A stretch of DNA of 64,000 bases. Origin: Squalus acanthias (lineage: Eukaryota). Both the position numbers and the translations under genes were made by a program. The stretch covers positions 58,840,001 through 58,904,000 of the forward strand of contig CM059438.1 of the NCBI GenBank assembly GCA_030390025.1, given 5' to 3'. The stretch's first letter is position 1; every line of letters begins with the position of its first letter. Below are positions 52,241-64,000 of this stretch, in pieces. The notes beneath the pieces were generated by a model. The model saw nothing but the letters and a program-made list of their open reading frames with translations, searched no databases and was not told where the DNA came from.

Positions 52241-53550
52241 AGTTACTGTGAGACAATCTACCAGAATTCACAGAATATAAACACAGAGAAAATGCATTCA
52301 ATCTTTCCCTACATCAAAGACACACTAAGAGCACAGCCAAGACAATGAGATGTGTCCCAGGGGGTCCAACGTGTCAAAACACCTGCTGGCTGCATATCCT
52401 CTCCATTTGGGTTTGTTTCTTGTGTTTGTTTTTTTAAAAAGCTGGAAAGACCGGCAACGATGTCAAGTCACGTTCTGTATCGTGACATGAACCCGATATC
52501 CCGATTGAGGCCGTCCTCATGAGTGCGGAACTTGGCTATCAGTTTCTGCTCGATGATTTTGCGTTGTCGTGTATCCCGAAGGCCGCCTTGGAGAACGCTA
52601 TCTTAAAAGGGAGCATTTGCTGCAAGGTATTTCCTTACTATTACACTTCACTTTCAGTCCTCCCAACACTAGATAGAGCTGCTGCTCCTCCACCATCATC
52701 TCCCAAATCTGTTCCTCTAGATAGCACTGAAGGTACGTTTTATTATATTTATTTCTTCCTTCCCTAAACCAATGTTCCCTACAGGTAAGTTTTTTTTAAA
52801 TGGTAAAGTTATTTAACATTTATTTCCTGCCACAGCCCGGTAAGTGAGCAATGCCATGGAGGATCTGCTAGTCTATCTATTAATATATTAAAACTCATAT
52901 CTGCGTGCACTTTCTGTCTACAAAACCTTACTTCTGGTTGTCCAATTTCCCAATATAAATGCCTATGTATAGATTTGTAATGGAAACTGCTGATGTAAAC
53001 ATGTCGCGCTGTAATTACACCATCCCGCCAGTGGTAGCAGTGTAGCAACTCAGTTTTGCATCTTCTGAACTCCTCAGCCTGCAGTAAAAAAAAGTTCCTA
53101 GACTCCAACCAGCTCAACTTCTCTGCTTTCCAGTTGCTGTAAGTGTTGCTACTTAAACTATATAAATAATATAACTTAAAGTATTATATAAAATTAAGGA
53201 CAGAATGCATGATTTTACAATGAGGCTGAATGGCCTGTGCCCTGGTGCAATTATCCCCGGCCCCCTCACCCTGCTTCAGATGAAGAATACACTTGGTCAT
53301 CACTGCAGTAGATCGAGTAGCAATATATTAAAAGTCATAAATATGGCACACGTTTCCTGTACACAGTAACCTTCTACTTTCTGTCTCACAAATTTGGAGT
53401 AATCCTTAACCTCATCATACACAGCCACTCAACAAGTCCAGGTAGAGCTCGAGCTTCCTTTAGAACGTCCCCCTTGGGGCTGCATTTACCGAATATCAAC
53501 TCGCGACTACAGTTCAATTCGGAAAAGTCAGCAAAATACCAAACACTTAC

Positions 53551-53772
53551 CAGCTCGGAGGAAGGCAGTGGGCAGCTCCAAGGGCAGCACAGGATCCTGG
53601 GTAGTACCTCCATCCCCACAGCTAGACAGGACTACAACCCTGGCCTTCAATTTCAACTCCAGGATCTCAGGAATGGTCAGTATATAGGAGCGCTCCTCCA
53701 CGAGTTCTCCAGCAGCCGGAGGTGGATGTGGGGTAAAGAGCAAGACACCATCTTCCCAGCTCCCGTATGTCG
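53551..53772 (-). CDS. CHAT-domain (caspase-fold, TTC28-related) gene, third visible exon
   Basis: Acceptor tgctgcag, donor g|gtaagt, phase 1-1. Encodes (A)TYGSWEDGVLLFTP...ILTIPEILELKLKARVVVLSSC...LELPTAFLRAG, matching CHAT motifs LT..EI..L.L...LVVLSAC and AFL.AG. Confidence 0.85.
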
Positions 53773-53873
53773 CTGCAGCATCAGAAAGATCATCATTAGG
53801 GGAGTGTCTACTCAATGTTTAAAACTTCTTGGTGAGAAATTTTTGTTCACAGACATCAGAGGATATCAGAGCC

Positions 53874-54435
53874 CCATCAAACACTTCCAGGGCAGGCACA
53901 GCATGGGTTAGATACAGAGTAAAGCTCCCTCTACACTGTCCCATCAAACATTCCCAGGGCAGGTACAGCATGGGTTAGATACAGAATAAAGCTCCTTCTA
54001 CACTGTCCTATCAAACACTCCCAGGGCAGGTACAGCACGGGGTTAGATACAGAGTAAAGCTCCTTCTACACTGTCCCATCAAACACTCCCAGGGCAGGGA
54101 CAGCACGGGGTTAGATACAGAGTAAAGCTCCTTCTACACTGTCCCATCAAACACTCCCAGGGCAGGGACAGCACGGGGTTAGATACAGAGTAAAGCTCCT
54201 TCTACACTGTCCCATCAAACACTCCCAGGGCAGGTACAGCACAGGTTAGATACAGCACAGGTTAGATACAGAGTAAAGCTCCTTCTACACTGTCCCATCA
54301 AACACTCCCAGGGCAGGTACAGCACGGGTTAGATACAGAGTAAAGCTCCCTCTACACTGTCCCATCAAACACTCCCAGGGCAGGTACAGCACGGGTTAGA
54401 TACAGAGTAAAGCTCCCTCTACACTGTCCTATCAA
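53874..54435. repeat. About 67-bp tandem repeat (CCCATCAAACACTCCCAGGGCAGGTACAGCACGGGTTAGATACAGAGTAAAGCTCCCTCTACACTGT)n, about 8 copies
   Basis: Direct tandem repetition inside the CHAT-gene intron. Confidence 0.95.
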
Positions 54436-55839
54436 TGGGGTAAATTTTCATCTTCACCATCTGGCAGAGCAGGTCTTACGCTCGCGTAAAACTGACCTGA
54501 TTTTTACTCCATTGATTTGCAGCCGACACAAACCTGCCGATCTGGACCCTGGAATCAGCTGCACCATTGCAACGTCTCTTTACCAAGTCCCCCACACCAG
54601 GACCTGGATGAAGCAGTTAGTGATAAGAATGCCTGGGGACGCAGCATTAGACTTTGACGTCTGGAACGTCAAGGAGACGGAGACTGAGACTTGAAAATCA
54701 TTACCTGGAGGCTGGGTAAGAGAACCTGTATGCTCGCATTGTGATTGGGTCACAGTGAATCCAGCAACTCTACATGATGAACCACCAATGGAGCATGGTG
54801 TGTCCTTGCTATGGTCAGGAGGGTGGTGCCTGTGCACTCCCACATTTTATGATAAGTTGTGTTACTCAGCATCTCTCTCATGAGGAGCTGCCCACCAAGT
54901 GAGGCTCAAGCTCACACTTGTTAGTTGTTTACCGACCAATGATCATCCTCCTTGGGGAAGAGGAGGTGCATGGGATTGATTTTGGGGGTCGAGGTGTCTC
55001 CAAACGGCCATGGTTAGCAATGGAAGTTCGAAACCACATCAGTCCTCCACGGTAGATCGAGTAATCCAATTACTGAGCCAGCACTACTCCAGGGCACTGC
55101 TGATGACTGACCAGCCAGCCTGGCTCACTAATGGAAACTGGAGGCTGCAATTCGTCCCACTCAACTCCAGATAACCATAAACCCCTAGTAGGTAGGGTGA
55201 ACCTGACTGGACAGGCCTTGGGAAGCTGGCCAATTCCCTGCTCTGGTAATTTGTGTGGTTTTAGCTGGTTAACCTCCAGCAGCACAGCTGGGGGCCCCTA
55301 AGCCTTGGCTGGGCTAACCTGCACCTAATCTCTCGAGCTATAAATGAGTGGATGTGGCCCTCGAGGGAGAGAGTGTGCACACTGTACTGGGTAAACAGAA
55401 ACCCTACAGGCAAGAGTAGCTAACTCAGTAGTTTGAACTGGAGGCTCTTAAATGTGGCGATGGGTTTCCGCACGTGTCAGACACCCAGAACAAAATTGTT
55501 CTTTTAGTTCTTTTTCGCTGCCTGACTGAGGTGAGATTTGTATAGGGACATAGGAATTGCTAGACGAAGACTTACACTATCCTGGGAGTCCCATGATACA
55601 ACGATAATGGAGTTGTTGACTAATCATAGCAATCAATCTCCGTCAATTAGTCTACGACAGACCCAGATATGAGGCGATGAAAACCTTTGGGAACCATAGG
55701 TCCAAAGTCCCCTGTTCCTCCAATGGCATCACCTTTTGAAAAGAGCTGTTTCCAGGTCATTACTGGCTTCTGTGACAGAACTCAGCATTACTGGCCTCTC
55801 TGTGACAGGACTCGGTACTGTTGGCTTTACTTTTACCTG

Positions 55840-56550
55840 CACCAATAACTGGACCAGCCACATAAATATTATGGCTACAAGCAGTGATCCCGCTAAGCTG
55901 CGCGGTCTGGACATCCTGTGCAGGCCTTTCATCGGCTTTAATACGGAAGAAACCGCGCATGCGCGATAATTTGAATGGGCCATGCAGCCAGTTAAAGGGA
56001 CCGCGCACAAAAAAAAGAGTCAGAGGCTGGGTATTCTGAGACGATTGACTCACCTCCCGACTCCCCAAAGCCTTTCCACCATCTACAAGGCACAAGTCAG
56101 GAGTGTGATGGAATACTCGCCACTCAAGAAGCTCGACACCATACAGGACAAAGCAGCCCGCTTGATTGGCACCCCATCCACCACCTTAAACATTCACTCC
56201 CTCCACCACCGGCGCACCGTGGCTGCAGTGTGCACCATCTACAAGATGCACTGCAGCAACTCGCCAAGGCTTCTTCGGCAGCACCTCCCAAACCCGCGAC
56301 CTCTTCCACCTAGAAGGACAAGGGCAGCAGGTGCATGGGAACACCACCACCTCCAAGTCGCAGTTCCTTCATCGTCGCTGGGTCAAAATCCTGGAACACC
56401 CTCCCTAACAGGACTGTGGGAGCACCTTCACCACACAGACTGCAGCGGTTCAAGAAGGCGGCTCTCCACCACCTTCTCAAGGACAATTAGGATGGGCAAT
56501 AAATGCTGGCCTTGCCAGTGACTCCCATGAATGAATAAATTAAAAAAATG
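55840..56550 (+). mobile_element. 3' fragment of the 2640-4895 LINE family with a MITE-like insert at about 55882-56016
   Basis: QRLGILRRLTHL...YKMHCSNSPRLL. The insert begins CAGTGATCCCGCTAA and resembles 52046-52116. Confidence 0.8.
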
Positions 56551-57421
56551 AAAACACTGCAAATGCATGAAATCTGAAAATCAGAACAGGAAATGCTGGA
56601 AATACACAACGGGTCAGTCAGCTCCCGAGAGAGATAATACAGGGTAACATTTTCCACGGCAAGGCAAAACCCAAATCCGTCTGATCCCTTCTCAGGTGCT
56701 AACGGAGCAGGGTCTCGCCACAACTACAGTGATTACGACGGCAGCACTTCCAAGGAAATTCCCGGCCGTGGACCCTGGAAGACTGAATAAGCCATCTGGA
56801 ATCTTACAGTTTGCTTACTCTAGCTGGGTGCACGCTACTTATTATGTGTCGCTGCCCATATCTTGGTCTTTGCCTCCATGGAGCAAGTGAGAATCCCAGG
56901 TTTCAATTCTGACTAAATTAACGCAATCTATTACCATCAATTGTCACTTTATTATCCTGAAAAAATTCACATTTTTTCTTTGCTTTCTCCAGGAGCTTTG
57001 AAGTGATCATTTTGAGGAGAAATGCTTCCAGGTCAGTGATAGCAAGGTTTGATGCAGCGTAACGCTCCCTCCACTCTACCCCAACACTGTGTCTCAGTCC
57101 CAAACTCAGAAGAGCTCCCCTATTGACACTTTAGTACCATTATTACGGGCAGTTTTGTTCTGTCCGTTTCTGCATAACTGCATTGAGCTTAACCAAAGGC
57201 ATTTTCATGTAGGGCCCCAGCAGAAAATAGACACTCTGATAGTCATCACATCAGTCCCGGCTGAGTTTGGACATGGGTCAGGGGTCAGCAACGGTGTCTG
57301 ACCCGTACCACCCACTGATCACCAGATCATTATCACACCATGATAATTAGGGCCTTATCGTGATCTGGCTCAGCAGTGTCCCAGAGACGGCATGGCCTGG
57401 TAGCGAGCAGGCTCTGCTTAC

Positions 57422-57641
57422 CGATATGTACGACCGTCGTCTGCGGAAGTTCACTGAGCACGCGCTTCTTAGTTGCTTCTTCGCCCATGACTGCCTCTGT
57501 TTGCAGGTACTCTGCCACCTTGATAACTTCCTTTTGGGCTCCGATTAATGGACCCCACGGCTTCCAAACTCTTCCCCATAACGACAATGCTGAAGGGAAA
57601 TGCGGGCTTCCCACAACCAGGGCCCGTGATCTGTTGAACAC
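57422..57641 (-). CDS. CHAT-domain gene, second visible exon
   Basis: Acceptor ttttccgcctttag, donor g|gtaagc. Encodes VFNRSRALVVGSPHFP...WGPLIGAQKEVIKVAEYL...GEEATKKRVLSELPQTTVVHI, matching CHAT motifs (V.GNP, A..E, G..ATK..V, VHFATH). Joins the next exon in frame as VVHIATYGSW. Confidence 0.88.
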
Positions 57642-57769
57642 CTAAAGGCGGAAAAATCCCACGGTTAAACACTTCCATTGGTATAACAGAGGCCACGTGG
57701 ATTTCCAATCAGTGAATGGGTCATGAAGGAATAAACCCTTTCTGTCAGATGTGATATCATAAAACTAGA

Positions 57770-58230
57770 AAGAAAGAAAAGAAAAGACCTGCATTTCAAT
57801 AGCGCCTTTCATGACCTCAGGACATTCCAAAGCACTTTACAGCCAATGAAATATTCTCGAAGTCTAGTTTTAATGTAGAAAACGCAGCAGCTAATTTGTA
57901 CACCGCAAGATCCCACAAACAGCAATGACCAGATAATTTGTTTTTTTTAGTGCATGTTGGTTGAGGGATAAATATTGGCCAGGACACCAGAGAGAACTCC
58001 TCTGCTGTTCTTCAAATAGACCCATGGGATCTTTTATGTCCACCTGACAGGGAAGACTGGGCCTCAATTTAACGTCTCATCTGAAAGACGGCAGCTCCAA
58101 CAGTGCAGCACTCCCTTAGTACTGCATAGGAGTGTCAGCATAGATTATGTGTTGATGTTGCTGGAGTGGGACTTGAACCCATGACTTTCTGACTCAGAGG
58201 GGAGAGTGCCACCACTGAGGCATGGCTGAG
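57770..58230 (-). mobile_element. DeuSINE/SacSINE1-like SINE, full length
   Basis: Reverse complement of head, core and (ttct)n tail. Confidence 0.88.
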
Positions 58231-58746
58231 ACCTGACTAAGCGAATAAATGCTAACATCTCCTTCACAGTTTAACCAACATTTCCATTCCTTCTCTTCCT
58301 GTTGACTGTAATGATCTTTATTGATGTATCATCTTCTCATTCTGCTCACGAGTCTGGAACACCCAAGTCACCTTCAGTACTCCAGGTCAAATTTATTTAA
58401 TGCTGCATTGTTAGTTTCTATCCTAAAGGTCACAGGGAAGTCTACACTTACAGATCTTCTCCCAGTCTGTGTAGTCAGACCCAGACACACTCCTAGTCTG
58501 TGTAGTCAGACTACACTGACAGACCCAGACACCCTCTCAGTCTGTGGACAAATCTTCCTGTTAGCAGCTTCATCATTTTCAGTTTGTACTGAATGTTTAA
58601 TCAGCACAGAATGAGGCCATAACACACTCTACATTCACACGGTTCTCCAAATAAAAATCAACAGTCTCATTCACGGTTCAACAATGGGATCACAGGGTTA
58701 ACGCCCGTGGCTAGGGCAGCTGCATAGCTTCCATTCAGATACTTGC

Positions 58747-58913
58747 CTGTTTGAATGGAGGAATGATGTATGGGGATCTGGCAACAATCGTGTTAGTGGA
58801 TGTACAGTTGACGAGGTGACTCACAGTGTCCATGAGTCCCAGCTTCCGTAGCCCATACAATTCCTGGTGGGACCCACCCATAGTTTCCAGCATAGCCATC
58901 GTTGAAACTGACC
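58747..58913 (-). CDS. CHAT-domain gene, first visible exon (probable GC donor)
   Basis: Pyrimidine-rich acceptor ctcctcctctctgtgtcatag; open frame SVSTMAMLETMGG...PYIIPPFKQ ending CAG|GCAAGT in phase 0, compatible with the phase-0 start at 57641. Confidence 0.55.
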
Positions 58914-59879
58914 CTATGACACAGAGAGGAGGAGGAATTCTCATGAACTGGGAATGCATGAAAGGCCGGATTCTGATTTAATAACTAATAGACTACAGTG
59001 TTTTAAAGCTGACAGGAGTCAGGTGTGAAGAGCGGAGGGCAACAATTGAAACATGCAAAGCACACACTGGTCCTCAAACATTACTATTCATTGTCAAAAC
59101 TGACCACAACACAGCCATCCCAATTGCTCAGTGGTTGAGGCAGTGAGTAGGTAGGCCACACAAACCAACTTTGATCCCAGCCTGTGCTGAGTTCACTGAT
59201 TTGAGCCAGGGGAACAGTTGGCCTCAGTGATAGAGAGAGGAATGTTACAATCCAATGAGAGTGTGAGTGTATGTATCAGGCTTGGCTGTGAGGACCCAAG
59301 CACTCCAGCAGCCAGTTGACACCCACTGACGAGGCTCGCAGATGAGGAGTGGCACCTTGGGTGAGGTACCAGAGGGTGCCCACCACCTGTGGAGAGGAGG
59401 GGCCTGGGGGAGAATTGGTCGCGAACCTACAACCTTGACTCAGAGGCAAGAATGTTACCACTGAGCCAAGGCTGACACCCAGTTTTAATCCTGATTTATC
59501 AATGGAGCAACAGCACACACAATGCTGCCAATAATCAACGCCAATAATCTTTGGAAGTATTTGGTTTAAATATTTGAGTCAAATGGAGAATTTAAAACTT
59601 AACTTCTCTATGTTTACATTTCTCATGTTAATCGTGAATGTTAATTAGAAAAGAATCTGATGGTCAGAGGCCCTGCAGAAACTGAGTTCCGCATGGTTTT
59701 ATCTAATAATTCTGTGTTTCAAAGTAACAAGTATGAACTGCTGGGCTGTTCCAGGTTTATTGCTAAATCGTGTACGGCCACTCACGGGCAATGGAACATG
59801 GTTCTGTGGAGCTTGGGCACAGAGCTTGGAGACAGAGCTGGGGGGTGCATCACAGTGGATCGCAAACAGATTGGAAGCT

Positions 59880-62800
59880 GAGAATTCAGTGATTGCAGGA
59901 ATTCAGTGGCGAGGAGGAAGGCGATTTCTCCCGTTCAGCTCATAAGGAGTGGAGCCGCAGAACCTAAGGAGTCTAAGAGAAGTATCTAGGTTAAGTAGCT
60001 AGATATTTCATATTTAGATTCTTTGTGTTTAGTATCTCAATGGCTCTTGTTAAGCTTGAGTAAATAATTTAGTCTTTGGTTAGTTCGCTTTGAGGAGCAA
60101 ATAGAAAAATATAAGTGTAGTTTAGACCTAGTTACCAGCAGTTATATAAATCGTCCTGTATCTAAGTACTTTATTTTAAGTTTCTAATTAGAATGGAGGG
60201 ACAGCTGCGACCCGTAGCCTGCAATGCCTGCGTCATGTGGGAACTTCAGGATGCTGCATGTGTCCCGGAGGCCCATGTTCGCAGGAACTGCCCCCAGCTG
60301 CTCGAACTCATGCTGAGGGTTTCTGAGATTGAGGGGCAGCTGGATTCACTGCACGGCATACGGGTGGCTAATGTTTCCTGGATCGCAGGTTCCAGGAGGT
60401 GGTCACTCCACAGCCAGTTAGAGTTCAGAATAGCAAGTGGGTGCCCACCCAGAAGGGTAGGGAGAGGCAGGCAGTGCAGGAATCCTCCAGGATTGTGGCA
60501 CTCTCAAACCAATGTTCATCACTGAATACTGGGAGGGCGACGACACCTCGAAGGAGTGCAGTCCTGAGACTGGCGCCGCGAGGCAAAGGACTGTACAGGG
60601 GTGGGGTACAGCAAAGTGTAGGAATGCTGTAGTAATTGGGGATTCAATAGTCAGGGGAACAGACAGGCAGTTCTCCTACCGTCGATGTGAGACCCGTATG
60701 GTACATTGCCTTCCTGGTGCCAGGGTAAGGGACATCAGAGAGAGAGTGCAGAACATTCTGCGGGGGGAAGAGAAGAGCCAGAAGTCGTGGTCCATGTCGG
60801 AAATAGGAAGGAAGAGGGTTGAGGTACTGCAGGCAGAGTTTAAGGAGCTGGGGAGGAAGTTAAAAAGCAGGACCTCAAAGGTAGCAATATCTCTGATTAA
60901 TTCCAGTGCCACGTACTAGTGAGAGTAGAAATAGGAAATGTGTCAGCTGTGGCTCAGTAGGTAGCACACTCACCTGTGAGTCAGAAGGTTGTGGGTTCAA
61001 GTCCCACTCCAAAGACTTGAGCACAAAAATCCAGGCTGACACTCCAGTGCAGTACTGCAGGAGTGCTGCACTGTCGGAGGTGCCGTCTTTCGGATAAAAC
61101 ATTAAACTGAGGCTCTGTCTGCTCTCTCAGGTGGATGTAAAAGATCCCGTGGACACTTCAAAAGTACTTCATTGGCTGTAAAGCGCTTTGGGATGTCCTG
61201 AGGTGGTGAAAGGCGCTACAGAAATTCAAGTCTTTATTTTCTTTCTAGGAGGGTATGGCAGGTTAATGTGTGGCTAGAGACATGGTGCAGGAGGGAGGGT
61301 TTCAGATTTCTGGGACATTGGGACCAGTTCTGAGGCAGGACGGACCTGCTCAAGATGGACGCCTTGCGCCTGAACAGGGGTGGGACCAATATCCTTGCGG
61401 GCAGGTTAACTAGTGCTGTGAGGAGGGTTTAAATTAATCCAGCGAGGGTTGGGCACCAAGATGTAGTGTTAAAAAAATATAAACAAGGTGCAGAGGACTG
61501 GGAGAGACTGTTAGAGTTAGAAATAATACAGAATTAGGGGGATCATAGAAAATACAAAGAGGTCTAAGACAGGTTTACAGTGCCTGTGTGTAAGTGCACG
61601 AAGTGTGGTTAATAAGGTTGGTGAGCTGCAGACGCAAATAGCCACATGGGAATATGATCTGGTGGCGATACACGAGACCTGGCTCAAAAAATGGAGGGTT
61701 GGATGCTTAATATTCCTGGGTACAAGGTATTCAGGAAAGTTAGGGAAGGAAAAAAAGGAGGAGGGGCAGCAGTTTTGATTAAGGAAAATATTTCAGTGCT
61801 AGAAAGAGAGAATGTCCTTGAGGGATCAAAGACAGAATCTATTTGGTTGGAGGTAAGAAACAATAAAGGAGCTATTACGCTACTTGGTGTATTCTATAGG
61901 CCACCATAGAGTGGGAAGGAGATAGAGGAGTAGATTTGCAAAGAAATTACTGAGAGGTGCAAGAACTACAGAGTAGTGATAAAGGGAGACTTTAACTACC
62001 CCAATATTGAATGGAGCAGTGACTGTGTTAAGGGTAGAGAAGGGGAGGAATTTCTGAAGTGTATTCAGGAGAACCTGTGTTATTCTCCAGTCCCTAAGGA
62101 CAGTATGGGCAGGTGGCTATATTATTCTACATTCCCTGTGACAATGTGGGCAGGTGACTTGTCTCATTCTACATTCTCTATAGGACCATCTGGGCAAGTG
62201 AGCTGTGTTATTCTCCATTCGCTAAGGACACTGGTATATTTTATAGGCCACCAAATAGTGGTAAGACGATAGTAATTTCTTTGCAAATCTGCTCCACTAT
62301 CTCTTACCAGAGAAAAGTGTGGGGTGATACATTTTGGTAGGAAGAATGAGGAGAGACAGTACATGCTGAATGGTACAATTTTAAAGGGGGTGCAAGAGAG
62401 AGACACCTGGGAGTGCTTGTGCACAAATCTTTGAAGGTGGCAGGACAGGTTAATAAAGCATATGGGATCCTGGGCTTTATAAATAGAGGCACAGAGTACA
62501 AAAGCCAGGAAGTTAGTCTAAACCTATAAAGAACACTAGTTCAGCCCCAGCTGGAGTATTGGGTCCAATTCTGGGCACCGCACTTTAGGAACGACATGAA
62601 GGATTTGGAGAGGGTACAGAAGAGATTTACTAGAATGATTCCAGGGGATGAGGGATTATAGTCACATGGATAGACTGGAGAAACTGGGATTGTTGGAACA
62701 GAGAAGGCTAAGAGGAGATTTGATAGAGGCGTTTAAAATCATGAAGGGTTTAGATAGAGTAAATAAAGAGAAACTGTTTCCAATGGCTGAAGGGTCGATA

Positions 62801-63080
62801 ACCAGAGGGCACAGATTTAAGGTGATTGGCAAAAGAACCAGAGGCGACAGGAGGAAAAGCGAGTGGTTAGGATTTGGAATGCACTGCCCGATAGGGTGGT
62901 GGATACAGATTCAATAGTAGCCTTCAAAAGGGAATTGGATAAATACTTAAAGGAGAAAAAATTGCAGGGATATGGGGAAAGAGCGGGGGAGCAGGACTGG
63001 CTGGATTGCTCTTCGAAAGAGCCAACGCAGACTCGACGGGCCGAATGATCTCCTTCTGTGCTGTACTATTCTATGATTTT
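59880..63080 (+). mobile_element. Decayed CR1 with ORF1 (zinc finger plus SGNH esterase), ORF2 endonuclease and 3' end; central RT missing
   Basis: VACNACVMWE (60193 ORF), VVIGDSIVRG...CLPGARVRDI (60512 ORF), ETW, GGGAAVLIKE, VFYRPP, GDFNYP, then a jump at about 62075-62310 to the post-RT region and tail. Confidence 0.88.
60940..61247 (+). mobile_element. DeuSINE/SacSINE1-like SINE with internal deletion, inserted in CR1 ORF1
   Basis: Intact head; core jumps from aagatccc to cacttcaaaagtac. Confidence 0.85.
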
Positions 63081-63084
63081 ATAA

Positions 63085-63520
63085 TAAATCTGGTACTGTC
63101 TGTTACTCTCTATAGTAAATCTGGTACTGTCCTGTTAGTCCTTATAGATAAATTTGCAAATCACTGTAATAATTCTGTTACTATGCTGTTGCTTCCTATA
63201 AGCAAATGTGTCTTGTTACACCTGTGGTAAATTTGTCACTATCTGCTTACTCCATAAATCTGTTATTGTTCGTCCCTATAGTTAAATCAATTACTATCCT
63301 GATACTTCCTATACATGAACCTGTTCCTATCCTCTTATTATACATAGGTAAATCTGTTTCTATTTTGTTATTCCCTATAGGTGACTCTTTTACGATCTTC
63401 TGACTCCCTGTAGGTAAGTCTGTTATTATCCTCTTACACCATACAGGTAAATCAATTATTATTCTGCTACTCCCTATAGGTAAATCTGTTACTATCTTGT
63501 TAGACTCAAAAGTAAATATA
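63085..63520. repeat. Degenerate AT-rich tandem repeat (about 33-35 bp; taggtaaatctgttactatc-like)
   Basis: Recurring taaatctgtt and cctatag motifs. Confidence 0.6.
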
Positions 63521-63534
63521 GTTCCTCTTAATAG

Positions 63535-63981
63535 AAAGATCGATCTTGCATTTCTATAGCGCTTTTCACGACCTCAGGCGTCCCAAAACGCTTTACAGCC
63601 AATGAAGAACTTTTAAGGTGTAGTCACTGTTGTAATGTAGGAAACGCAGCAGCCATTATCTGCACAGCAAGATCCCACAAACAGCAATGTGATAATGACT
63701 AGATAAGCTCTTTTAGTGCTTTTGGTTGAGAGATAAATATTGGCCAGGACACCGGGGAGAACTCCTGTGCTCTTCTTCGAAATAATGCCATGGGATCTTT
63801 TACGTCCACCTGAGAGAGCAGACGGGGCTTCGGTTTAACGTCCGATCTGAAAGACGGCACCTCCGACAGTGCAGCACTCCCTCAGCACTGCACTGGAGTG
63901 TCAGCCTGGATTATAGGATCAAGTCTTTGGCATGAGACTTGAATCAAAACCTTCTGATTCAGAGGCGAGAGCACTACCACC
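63535..63981 (-). mobile_element. DeuSINE/SacSINE1-like SINE, full length
   Basis: Reverse complement of head, core and tail. Confidence 0.88.
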
Positions 63982-64000
63982 TCACTTCTCTTGAAAGTGT

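Noticed and set aside
40430..64000. SLC34A3-like exons expected from mammalian synteny
   Set aside because: No recognisable NaPi-II peptide was found in the ORF track or by eye.

Overview
Repeat-rich eukaryotic DNA, most likely from a cartilaginous fish (shark). This is inferred from HE1-type V-SINEs, SacSINE/DeuSINE-type SINEs, abundant CR1 and L2 LINEs and Penelope-like hairpins. Three host genes are supported. (1) A CYSRT1-like Cys-rich-tail protein with a single coding exon (11231-11572, +). (2) RNF224 (36730-37249, +), with a 1-nt frameshift just after the RING domain; its order after CYSRT1 matches the mammalian locus. (3) Three minus-strand exons (58913-58747, 57641-57422, 53772-53551) that splice in frame, one probably via a GC donor, into a TTC28-related CHAT (caspase-fold) domain in which the catalytic His position reads Tyr while the Cys is kept. 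The rest is nested CR1/L2/SINE insertions, a Harbinger-type MITE with TIRs and TSD, about ten unrelated minisatellites, and Penelope-type palindromes. Two minimal hammerhead ribozyme motifs lie about 560 nt apart on the minus strand. Gene names rest on recalled homologue sequences, not on database searches.
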